A stretch of DNA of 64,000 nucleotides from Macrostomum hystrix (taxonomy: Eukaryota > Animalia > Platyhelminthes): positions 22,382,001 to 22,446,000 of the forward strand of contig CATNEN010000038.1 in NCBI GenBank assembly GCA_950097015.1, written 5' to 3'. The translations under genes were made by a program, and so were the position numbers. This document shows, piece by piece, positions 48,936 through 60,580 of the stretch. Below the pieces are notes generated by a model. The model saw only the letters and a program-made list of their open reading frames with translations, was not told where the DNA came from and ran no database searches. Position 1 is the first letter of the stretch. Each line of letters opens with the position of its first letter.

Positions 48936-51900
48936 CTAATTAGCAGGATGAGACACCTCAGGTGACACTTTCGATTCCTCCTGAATGCCTGAGCTTAGGT
49001 TGAGCCCGGCTGCTGAAGGCTCAGTTGACGGCACTCGGAGCTGCAATGGAAAGGTTCAGAGCCGTCAGCTGCTGAAGGGCACGATCGCCACATTTTCCTG
49101 CACTGACCTTCGAGATGAAGCAGAAAGCATGCAGCGCAGACGACTGACACAACAACCAAAACGAAAATGGCTAAGACAGCAATCGTTTTCGTTGTTGTTG
49201 TCGTGAAAGTCGTGAGCTCAGCCCGAGGGCAGACGAGTCGAGCCGTGCTGTAATCAGGTGAGCCGAAAGTCATGTTCTCAGGGAGGTTCTGTGCCGCACT
49301 GCAGTTGACAAAGACTTCGCTCCTGCTCATGTCATGCTCAACACCGCTTTCGAGCGACCACGTGGTAAGGAGGCCCCTGTTGTCTGGCACCTGCAATTTC
49401 ATATAGTACAGTGTGTTGAAACCAAGTCTTTCAAGAATCATACGGAATGCAACTCACATGTGAAAGGAGAGAGACATTTTCTCCTTTGAGTTCGCCAGCT
49501 TGAAAGTTGCACGTGTGCTCAGGCATTGGGTGAGAAGCCGATGATCTGAACTGTACCGTTATTCTTGCCATGCTTTTGCAGCTTTCCAGGAATTTTATCG
49601 ATAGACTCGATGGCGGGTCTGGCAGGAATATTGAGGTGCTTTCAAAAATTGCTGCTGAAGTATTTGTTATGAGGAGCAAATATTAGAAAAATTCTGGATG
49701 CTCACTCACACAGCACGTTGACTGAGGTCTGCGTCTGCACAGAACCCAGGCTGCAAGAGTAATTTCCTGAGTGCTCAGGAAGTGCTCGAGCCACTGCAAT
49801 TTTGTGATCCTCAATGCAGGTACCCTTCGGAATGCAGAGCTGGAGTCCGCTTGAGTTTGAGCACATCATTGAGCTGTTGCAGTGCAGCTCGCATCTCACA
49901 GCGAAACTCGAGTTTACGGCCACAAACTGATCCGCGGAGGCCGCTGAAAACAATATTTTGACCAGCTTGTATGATAAACAGATAAACAAATAGCGATCGA
50001 ATGCACTTTATGTGACTGAAGTCTCTGTGACGAGTAAATGGTATGGATGCACTCAAAGGCATTGGAATCTAGTGTCTATTATCGTCGATGTGGATGTGAT
50101 GTGGACAGATGTGGTCATTGTGTCAGTTGAGGTTTTGTGCTGTGGTCATTGTGTCAGTTGAGGTTTAGTGCTGTGGTCATTGTATCAGTTGAGGTTTTGT
50201 GCTGTGGTCATTGTATCAGTTGAGGTTTTGTGCTGTGGGCATTGTGTCAGTTGAGGTTTTGTGCTGTGGTCATTGTATCAGTTGAGGTTTTGTGCTGTGG
50301 TCATTGTGTCAGTTGAGGTTTGGTGCTGTGGTCATTGTGTAAGTTGAGGTTTAGTGCTGTGGTCATTGTATCAGTTGAGGTTTTGTGCTGTGGGCATTGT
50401 GTCAGTTGAGGTTTAGTGCTGTGGTCAATGTGTCAGTTGAGGTTTTGTGTTGTGGTCATTGTGTCAGTTGACGTTAGGTGCTGTGGGCATTGTGTCAGTT
50501 GAGGTTTAGTGCTGTGGTCAATGTGTCAGTTGAGGTTTTGTGTTGTGGTCATTGTGTCAGTTGACGTTAGGTGCTGTGGGCATTGTGTCAGTTGAGGTTT
50601 GGTACTGTGGTCATTGTGTCACAAGTGTCACTCTTTCAGCGCAATCGACATCACGAAGCACCCTCTTGGTGTCCCTGTTTCGCGGATTGAGGAGAATCGT
50701 AAGCAGTGCTCCAATACAATCGCAGGTGCAGTTCTTCTAAATAAGCTGCTCTGCATCCATGGTGCCATTGTTGAGAGCAACGGAGAAAGCTTCTCTTGCT
50801 GGGCTGCAATTCTCTGCCGAGGTTTTTGGGAGCTTCTGCACAATGCTCGTCTGTTTCCAAAATCAAGATTACAGCAGTGTAATATACTTTTGACCTATTT
50901 AAAGTTGCATTGTAGTTCACTAACAAGTCGTTTTTTGTTTTAGTGTTTCTACACCATTGACACATTTGCTTGTACCATTGAATATGAAAATTTCTCTATA
51001 ATTCATTATTGTGTTTGCATTCAGCTTTCGGCCTTCGTCATTGGATGAATTTCCCCTGACCAGTTTCTGCTTTATGGTTTTCATTGTTTCACTAATAGGT
51101 CCAAGCGACAATTTGAAGCGCAAAAATGTCTCGCTTTCAGTCCCTAATTATTCTTTAAAAGTTATAAACAAAGTAGAAAATCTGCTCACAGAGCATGGCG
51201 ACTGAGGTCTGCTTGCTGACAGAGCCAAGTCTGCAAGAGTAATTTCCAGAGTGATCAGGCAGAGCTCGAGCCACTGCAGTCTTGTGTTCTGCTAAGCAGG
51301 TACCGTTCGGAAGGCAGAGCTGGAGACCGCTTGAGTTTGAGCACAGCATTGAGCTGTTGCAGTGCAGCTCGCAGCTCACAGCGAAACTCGAGTTGACGGC
51401 CACAAACTGATCCGCGGAGGCCGCTGAAAAAATATTTTGACCAGCTTGTATGATAAACAGATAAACAAATAGCGATCGAATCCATTTTATGTGTCTGAAG
51501 TCTCTGTGACGAGGTAAAGGCAGGATGGGAATCAAGTATCGATTTTCGTTGATGAGGAGCTAATTTCTCAACGATTTCATGAATTCCATTAATCAGAATG
51601 ATCGTTGAATTGGCTATTGGCGTTTTAATTACTCGTAACTTTAGGTTTTTGCTACTTTGTCCTGTCTGTTTTGCTGTCTGCTTACCTTGGATTCTTTAGT
51701 CAGTTCTGACTTCGCTCTAATTCTATCTTATTCTCTACATTTTCAGCCTTCTGATTGGTCCGCCTCCCACTTTCTAGCCTCCTCTCTTACCCTCAGTCGC
51801 GCACTCTCTTGTTATCGCCACGCCAACCCCCTTGTCGGAAATGCTTCCTCCAGAACTCCTTCTCGTCGTTTCCTTCGACTCTCCTCTTTTCTCTCTTGCT

Positions 51901-53928
51901 CACCAACTAGTTAATCAGTACGTTTCACTGCACTTTAATTGTTTCGCTTTCTATCGTCCTTTTAGCCCATAGACTACGCATCCTGCCCGCCCCTTGTTAC
52001 TCAATCGTTGTCTATGTTTCTAATTCCTTTCTCGGTACAGTTCCCCTTTAGTTGCTTCTAGTGCGCACTAAGCCCACAAGAGCTTCGAACCAAATACTTT
52101 CAATATACAAGTCAAATACAAGCAAAGAAGTTTTGTCCCAAGCGACACCCCTCCAGTCTGTCCAACTTAACCATGCGCATATTCGAGTCGTGTATAGCCA
52201 AGGGCACAGCGCCCTGCCACTTTCGCTTCTCTTCTCTTCATTAGCTACCCGCAGGCCAGCTTAAAAAATTATTGCTTCTCTTAATCTCTTGACACTCCTT
52301 CCAAGCCATTCGGAAAATAACTGGAGCGATTTTCAATTATTCCATTTTGTGTTTTAATTGGCTTTCGGCTTTTCTAATTTAACTAATTTCCCCAGGCTAA
52401 CTTCTGCATTGTGCTATTTTTGACCGTTTGTCTAATTTGTCCGAGCTACGAATTGAAGGGTAAAAATGTCCCGCTTTCAGGCCCTTATAATTCTTTAAAA
52501 GAAAGTAGTAAATCTGCTCACAGAGCACGGCGACTGAGGTCTGCTTGCTGACAGAGCCAAGTCTGCAAGAGTACTTTCCAGAGTGCTCAAGAAGTGCTCG
52601 AGCCACTGCAGTCTTGTGATCTGCAATGCAGGTACCGTTCGGAAGGCAGAGCTGGAGACCGCTTGAGTTTGAGCACAGCATTGAGCTGTTGCAGTGCATC
52701 TCGCAGCTCACAGAGAACCTCGACTTGAGGGCCACCACCTGATCTACCGAGGTCGCTGGAAAATAAGTTACCATTGAAATTTCAAGCTCAACTTGTGCAC
52801 TTCCTGCTTGAAAAATTACTTTAAAAGTGAACTCACTCAGCACACTGACAGTGGATGTTTTTGCAACCGATCCAAATATGCACCTGTAGTCACCGGAGTG
52901 CTCAGGCTGAGCACTGCCAATGTGCAGCTCATGGCCATTTATGCAGCTGCCGTTGGGAGAGCACAGCTGCAGCTCGCTTGAGCTCGAGTTGAGTTTTACT
53001 CCATCGCAGTGTAGCAAGCAGCTCACACTGAACTCTGAGCTCTGAGGCACCAGCTGAGGCGCTGAGGATTCTGGAGATTTGCAAATTATCAATCGACATT
53101 GCTAAATCAAGGAAATTTTAGAATTTCCCTTCCACAACAATAGGTCCATAGTGAAAGACCCGAACTCACTCAGATACACAATCTGAATCCTGAGATCTGC
53201 GAAGCTCATGAAGTCGTCAGGATAAGATAACACAGTAATGTTCCTTCGCAGCAGCAAGTACCTCACCTGGAGTTCAGATGAAATCTCAGTGGGATCCAGA
53301 ACTCATCAGAGCACAACTCAAGGCACAGAGCAGGTCTCACCTCCGCTAAGCAGTTCACGGTGAAGATCTCACCAGCCTCGATACGCGCCTGCTTGCTCAC
53401 CGTCAGGCCGCACCGTCTCCAGAGCTGCTGAGACTCTCTGAACTGGCTGTTCATGTTTCTTGAGCTGCAGTGATCACCTGAGAACAGTTGACTGCCGCTA
53501 CTCGATGTCCAGATCTCGATGTCTCTGGCTCTCGGGTAGACATGTGTAGCGCCATCTAAAAGTGAGAACTTCACGACTAAGCAGTGGAAGCTGATTGCAT
53601 GGAAAAAATTGAGCAGTGACTCACCCGCTCTGCCCTTCACAGTAACTGCTCTGATGAGCACTGACCAATACAGCTGCACTGCGAACCAATGAAATCCTCC
53701 GTCTGCTTGGCTTCTGTCTTTGCTGTGGAAGAACGCATAGCTGGGGGTATCATTCCTTTCAATCCTTCTCTCTTCGATGTAGGTTCTGATGCTGAAGCAA
53801 GACCGTACATCGCGGATTGTCTCAAAGAACGACGACTGCCAGGACTTAAAGACATTGTACCTGCGAATCGGCATTTCACAGGCTGCAGTTGCCATGGAAA
53901 ATTGCAGTGCCAGGATCAGTAGAAGCAT
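48936..53928 (-). CDS. Receptor gene C: SP-FTLD-Ig x4-Ig(C2-like)-TM; exons 53625-53928, 53341-53555, 53170-53266, 52837-53070, 52522-52755, 51190-51423, 49710-49943, 49458-49618, 49108-49390, 48936-49040; a +1 insertion after the TM gives a stop at 49021
   Basis: Exon sizes match genes A/B (215, 97, 234, 161). The TM exon is 283 nt versus 264 nt (18-nt Thr-rich insert plus 1 nt). Confidence 0.78.
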
Positions 53929-54809
53929 GGCCTTGACACTTTGAGAATTTCAAAATCAGTAAAAGTTTGTGCTGCTGAAATCAACCCAGAAATTATAGCG
54001 GATTTACTATGACGTCCTATTGAAATGAATCGGCACCTGCGATATGATTTGATGATCCAGAGAGTAACACTGTTCACAGCGAATCGAATGAAAGGCACAA
54101 TCTGCTTTATTTCGAAGCTTGGACCAAGTTGTGCTGCTGCTAGTTCATTTGTCTGCACTTGTTCTTTCTTGTTCTTTCTTTTTCTTGCTCGATAATATAG
54201 CTTTTTCAATCCTTTTTGGTTCTTTCTGCGTTCAAATTGGTGCGTGGCTGTCAGCAGTATGACGTGGCAGCGTTGTCGGGATGTACCATAGAAGACAGAA
54301 TCAATTCGGTAAAAACTGCGAGCACTTTGGGCCACATGGGAGGGGCATAGCCGAGACGAAGAATGTCGCAGAGGGGATGATACGCTAAGATTAGTCTTTT
54401 GGACAGAGAGAGAACTGTGAATGCATTACGTCTCTGGTCGCAACTAGAAGGCGCTTGGTCGTATAATGGGAATCATCAATATGATGGGAAAGCAGTCAGT
54501 TTGAAACATCGTGACTTACGTACGAAGAGACCGGAAGAACGCACATCTGCCAAAAGGAGGAGTGAGAATACAAAAGATCACGCAAGCTTTGGTGAACAGG
54601 TTGATCGATTTGTCAGCGTCTACACATTTTTTCGTTCAATTTCAAGCAAACGCTCATTCAATTTCAGCAAGCTTGCAATCAAATTCATCAGCCTATTTCT
54701 AACCAGTCAGACCAGCATCCAAATTCTGCAACCTTGCATTCGACTTCAACAAAAGACATTAATTTTCAGCAAAGTGCAATTATCAACACGGGCTCATCCC
54801 GGTAGGCTC

Positions 54810-54960
54810 GCCTGCTGCGGCTGTTACAGACCGTGGCGCTGCTTTGCCTGCGGCAGAATGTGGTTGTCACTGCCTACCACTTGCCGGGCCGTTACCAGCT
54901 GTTTGCGGATGCCGCGTCCCGGCTGCATTGCCGCCAGGAGCTGCTTAATTTTTGGTGTCT
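54810..54960 (+). mobile_element. Fragment of DIRS-type RNase H
   Basis: ALLCLRQNVVVTAYHLPGRYQLFADAASRL resembles the HIPG.N..ADALSR motif. Confidence 0.5.
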
Positions 54961-55224
54961 TTTTAACGCTTTTAACGCCTCGGCGAATTTCGTGTTTGAA
55001 GGGTCAGTCATGACTGCAGTTGCTTTTAATACAGCACCACATTTTTGCACCAACCGGATTATCGAAGCTGTCAAAGAAATGTTGCCTCCATCTGCACTGC
55101 TTCAGTTCAGTGTTAGGATGCCAATAACGCACGCTTCTATTTCGTGAACTTCGTGGACACAGATTATGTCCATGTCTTCTGGGTGGTATTAGATTATTAT
55201 TATTATTATTATTCTAGATTAATA

Positions 55225-56000
55225 TAGCATTTTGCAGTCTAGTTTGGACAGCGGGCTTTTAAATTGGACGCAGGCCGCGGTCAGCCTCAGCAGCCTGACT
55301 GCAGTCTATGGCCCAACCTGACACGCAGGCGCGGGATTTCAAATTGGACAGCGGGCAGCAATTTGGACACAGCAACAACAACAACAACAAACTACAGGGT
55401 CCCTGACGAGAAAATAAAAAGTTTGGACACAGCGAGGCGCTAGCATGCAGCGTGAACACTACGCTTCGATCACCAGAGGGAAGCGAGATCTCGTGATCCA
55501 GGCCTGGCAACGTGGTGAGAATCCTGAGGACATTGTCCGAATGTTGGGAGTAAAGCGAAGCACAGCGTACAACAAAAGGAACACATTTCGTAATGGTGGC
55601 AGGCGATACGCCTTGCCAAGAGGTGGAGCAAAGCAGCGGAAGCTCACTGCCCCGATGAGGTATTTCCTGGTGTCCATTGTTCAGGATAATCCCTTCCTGA
55701 CCTTGGACCAAATGCGTGCGCGCTTGCTGGCTGAATTTCATGGCGATCTCGCAACCGTTGACATTTCTACCATTTCGCGGGCGCTTGATGGCCAGCTGTT
55801 CACCATGAAGTGTCCGTCAAGGGAAGCAGATGTTCCAGATGCTCGAAATTCTGAAGAGAACAGGGAGAAGAGGCGCGAATTTGCCAACTGGCTCGTCAAC
55901 CTGCTTCCGTTCACTGAGCTCGTACACCTGGACGAAACTGGATTTGGAGTGTGGACTCGTCGCAGTTTTGGCAGAAGCGTGCGTGGTGAACGGGTTCACC
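55225..56000 (+). mobile_element. 3'-truncated Tc1/IS630-like transposon (transposase from 55445)
   Basis: LGVKRSTAYN..RGGAK, NPFLTLDQM, STISRALDG, HLDETGF, related to the 30 kb element; repeated TTGGAC motifs upstream. Confidence 0.8.
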
Positions 56001-56679
56001 ATATTATTGTTATTGTTATTGAAATGCGCACGTCTACTGGGGGCTTTTTTGATGCTGGTAACAAGGCTGAACGATTCGATTTAAAAAAGGATAGAAAAAC
56101 AGTAGCATGCATAAGATTGATTTTATTTTATTTAAAATACTTAAAAGTCGTAAACTAAGGCATTAAAAAAAAATTAATATATTGAAATTTGAGGAAAAAA
56201 TCAAAACTGTGACTGAAATCACTTCGCTCCCGAAAGGAGAATAGCTATGGTGTTTTTGCGAGTTATGATCAAATATAAGAAATCTAAAACTGAAGCTATA
56301 ATAAAGCATTCTAACTATGGGCCTCAGGGCAGTGGCTTTTTTCTAGCTTTAAGTATGCTTTCTATAGTCCACAAAAATTTCTGTTAATTCTGTGCTTCCC
56401 TGTGTGATTAAACACACCATTTTGTCATCAGCTGTTAGGCTTTCGAAATTTCGAACAGTGCCTGCCACTTTCTCTATGAATTTATTTCTAACTGGAACAT
56501 AAACGGACCAATCGCATCTAAAAAGGGATAATGCATTTCGTTCTCTACCTCGACTCTACATTTTGGAAATGTACTGTTTTCATAAGCGATTTTCGGTCTT
56601 ACAGTGCGCAACGCCTCACAGGCTAGTTTGTGGTTTTCTAGACGAAATCGGGACATTGTGCGCCTTTGTTCTGTTATAT

Positions 56680-57453
56680 CTACATGCGAAAGTACTTCAC
56701 ACACTGCATCTTCTCGGTAGTACTAGCGGAAAACGCTTCGGTATTCAGAGGCAGGTTGGCATCAAAGTAGCGGAGCAGGACGCACTGCTTCCGGATCGGG
56801 TGCCAGTAAAATCCAACGCAGTCGTCGAACTCGTACTGAAGACAGACTCGGCTGCATCGAGTCAGAGTCACTGTATTGGTCGCCATGATCCAGCAACCAG
56901 GGTCAGGCTGTTCATAAACTGTAATTAAAGCTTTCTTGAAGCTTCCTTGATTTTCCTTTAAATCGAGCCGAGCAGCCACTGACGGATCTGCGTAGCAGTA
57001 GAATATGTACCGGTCTGAGCAGGTGGCGTCTCTCAAGAGTTTGCTTGACGATGACGTAGACACGCAATCTTGCTTGCTCTGGTCATTTGGCTCGCTATTT
57101 TCAAAGTAGTTTTCAGTCCCGGTGGTAACTTGACCGTCTTTAATCCACACCCAGCCGCTCTTTTTCTGCGCGCCGCCCATTTCATTGAGCGCCTCAACAA
57201 GGCCAACCCACCAGTAGCCGCCTGGAATCCTGTGGTCATTCTTCATTGCGTCAAACACAGCCTGGCTGACCATCTCCTGACCGTTTGCGTGGCCGGTTTT
57301 CACAGCGTCGCAGAAATTCATAATGGAGCTATATCTCCTGATGCACCAAGTCCGTCCATTGTAGGAAATCGAAATAATAACAGAAGCGCAAGATGCAACG
57401 GCGGGAGCCGCAAGTTGAGCGGCACAGAGGGACACGAGGACAAAGACTATCAT
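56680..57453 (-). CDS. Secreted C-type lectin (EPN) plus PAN/Apple domain protein, 257 aa, single exon
   Basis: Signal peptide; WWVGL, WVW, EPND, DCV, LRDATC..YIFYC; then CSRVCL..DCVGFYW..QCVL (PAN-like). Confidence 0.85.
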   Translation of the reverse strand: MIVFVLVSLCAAQLAAPAVASCASVIISISYNGRTWCIRRYSSIMNFCDAVKTGHANGQEMVSQAVFDAMKNDHRIPGGYWWVGLVEALNEMGGAQKKSGWVWIKDGQVTTGTENYFENSEPNDQSKQDCVSTSSSSKLLRDATCSDRYIFYCYADPSVAARLDLKENQGSFKKALITVYEQPDPGCWIMATNTVTLTRCSRVCLQYEFDDCVGFYWHPIRKQCVLLRYFDANLPLNTEAFSASTTEKMQCVKYFRM

Positions 57454-57837
57454 GTTCTTCTTAAGCGGGCCAAAGGGTTACAGTGCTAAGTATATTCTGT
57501 CCATTGAAGGCAACTTTTTTTGCGAGAAGTTCCTGAACATGAGAAAGATGGCCAGCTATTACTACCCGTGCCCACACTTTTCCCACCACGGAAACTGTCG
57601 CAGACTCTGACATTAGATCTTAGCGATTGTTTTGCGAACTTAAGGAGGCCAGAGAGGAAAATGTGAGGCAATTTTTGGCATGAATCGGCTGAATTAACCT
57701 GCTTCGCGTAAAATGGGATTCCCATACTCCATTTCACATGCAGATGAATAAGAAGGCACATTGGGCCACGAAACATGAAGAGTCTTGATAAACAATCAAA
57801 TGGTGGAGTTTAACTACATCATCATACTAGTAGAACT

Positions 57838-58846
57838 AAAGTACATTACTAACAGTACGCATGCAAAGGTAATATCAATACAATCGTGCACCATTGCATC
57901 AATCTGTTCAAGCCAACAGGGTGACGTTGAACTTAGGTTGTACAGACGTGGCGATATCAATTGAAGACGCATTGGCATGGTGACCATCAGCTCCGGGAAT
58001 TCGGGGCGGCACAAGCAGGCGCAGCGTCAGCGACGCCGCCAGAAGAATCACCATGGCGAAAAACACCGGTATCTTGGAGCGCATCTTTTTCGTGATCAGC
58101 CAGAGATTCATCACAACTGCACATTTTTGAGTGATTTTAGAGCTCGAAATTCTTGCATAGCTCTGCAATTCTGATTATTAAGCTGGAGTCGTTGAATTTG
58201 AATTTCAAAATCTGTGAATTAATTTATCATAATCAATCAATAATAAAAGAAACTGTTCGTTCATTAGTTTTTGCTCTCACTAGTGGCTGATCAATTATTC
58301 ATGCAGAATATGTTCAAGACTCAAATATGTCTATCTGGTTGTCACCTCAGCCAATTTATTACAGTATCTGGGCAGACAGTCCCAAAAATGTTCTTATCAT
58401 ATCATAGCTCGTAGAAGCCCAGTTTCCTTAGACGATTCTGTCTGAATTTTCTCTGCTTTTTGCACCCAGACTGACTGCCATTCAAGCATGCGAAAATGCG
58501 TCATAAACTGTTCTAATTACTGTTCTCAAGTATTGCTTAATAAATATATTAAAATACACTCTAACCAGAAGCATGAGTTCAATGGGTCACTCCTCATCAA
58601 ATGCAGAAATTTAAAACGGAATGGACGATGAAACCCACCTCATACAAGTCACCTCTACCATCGCCTGCTCGAACACCTACAAAACTCTACTGACTGTAGC
58701 GCAAATAATATTTTATGTGCAGTTTTCCCTATTCAAATTTATTCAAAGCACTCACCCTACTCAACTGTACCAAGCAAAACTGTGAGCAAACTTACAACAG
58801 CACCTGCTGATTATCAATAGCAACTGTAGTGCGCCGCGCATATGCC
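57838..58846 (+). repeat. Chimeric duplicate: MATE 3' end (= 43880-44120) fused at ~58082 to receptor last exon/3' flank and CMC sequence (= reverse complement of 47575-48332)
   Basis: Direct sequence matches to both sources. Confidence 0.85.
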
Positions 58847-60080
58847 AAATGTTCGACTTTTCTCATCTGTAATCGGCACCTGTGTTTGTAAAAAGCCTGT
58901 AACATTAGGAAATTTGAGAATCGGTTAAAATGCACAATCGACAGGTGCAGGCAGGTAAGACGAATCGATTCAAAATTTGATGCTCACTGATCACTTTTCA
59001 AAGGCTGTAAATTTTCCTGTGATTTGGTGGTCAGGGCCACAGTATGCCATATTTCGAAAGTAAATCTGAAAATGAAACGGGGAACCGTTACATTTAACTC
59101 ACTTGCATCTGCCTGTAACCGTAACATTCGATTCAAATTGCAAGCATCTTTGTTAATATGTGGTGCCGGTGTCTCTGGCCTTGTGGTTTTGTTAGGCCTT
59201 CCTCACCCAGCGCCGTCTTGGCTCAGAGTGCCCGGTGCCGCCATCTGATTGGCTGGGCGCGGGCATTGTGTGCCTATCCTACCCCAGCCCTGCGTGGCTT
59301 TGCCCTCACGCCAATCAGCTCTGCGTAGCTTTGCCCGTCCACCCGTCCAGCGCGTACAACCCAACCCTACCCCCCCAGCGCGCTGTAGGCTTTGTTTGTG
59401 CTCCGCCCCTGTCTGCCCCCTTGTCAGCCCTTAAGGTATCGTTTTCTGCCCGGGCCAAGGCTACCTCTCTCCCCCCTTGCGAACTTTAAAAGATCGTGCC
59501 GTAAAGACGGTCTCTTACGGCGAAGGCTCAATTTATTGCATAGCGAAGTGATTATTGAATAGTGATTCCGAGTGCATGGTTTATTAAAGTGCAAAAATTG
59601 CCGACAAATACATTCAGCGTCATCCTGCCATCCTATCGTGCGTCCCGACCGGTAAGCACTGTATTTGTGTCTGTCCTTTCGGGGTGCCAGGTCCGCACGG
59701 AGTACTGTAATAATCTTAGAAGTACTGTGTGAGCGTCCTAACGCCACCAGTCCCTGACTGCAACAGAGCGTCCTAACGCCTGGTTCAGTGATCGATAATA
59801 TTTTAATTAATAGGGCTGTGGGCCGGGGATCTCAAACCGACCACTGTCACTACAAATATAAAGTGATCCTTTTTTTCTCTCTTTAGGTTTTTGTACTTAA
59901 GGGGACCCACGTTATATGCGATTACGCAATAAGAATTGCTGCAATCGGTGGCACATTGGTGATGGTGAAATATTAAGTGTACTGCCATTACTAAAGAAGC
60001 TGAAAACATACGATGATTGGAATACACACGATAATAATAAAAAAATAATAATAATAATCATAATATTAATAAAAATTGCT

Positions 60081-60580
60081 CTATCCGGTTGTGGCATACA
60101 GCGTGCCGGCCTTTGTTGAGAAGGCCCTGACGGATGAGAGGGGCTGCGATCTCAGTCAGGTTGGCATTTTCGGAATTACTCGTACAATTTTATGTAAAAT
60201 TTTATGTTGATTCAAAGAAATTTTCGATTCTAACAAACGTAGATGTGGGGTTCTTAAATGCTGTCATAAAAACAATGTCATTTCTTAGAAATTGTAAATG
60301 TAGATTCTCTAAACCATAATTGTATTGTTTCTAAAATACTTTCATGGAAGATTTCTCAAAGCATACCTGTAAGTTTTTAAAAGACTTTCAGGTTTTTAAG
60401 AAACTGTAAGGTTTCCAAGAAACTGTAAGGTTTACAAGAAACTGTAAGGTTTCCAAGAAACTGTAAAGTTTCCGAGAAACTGTTAGGTTTCCGAGAAACT
60501 GTTAGGTTTCCGAGAAACTGTTAGGTTTCCAAGAAACTGTTAGGTTTTAAAGAAACTGTAAGGTTTCCAAGAAACTGTAC
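60081..60580 (+). pseudogene. Duplicated NELFCD fragment (end of exon 5 and start of intron 5; = 9806-10410)
   Basis: CTATCCGGTTGTGGCATAC...GATCTCAGTCAGGTTGG match, followed by the 19-bp repeat. Confidence 0.85.

Noticed and set aside
52397-53928. Long ORFs 52397-53092 and 53263-53928 as single-exon genes
   Set aside because: They read through short introns whose lengths happen to be multiples of 3 in this copy; the paralogs show the true boundaries
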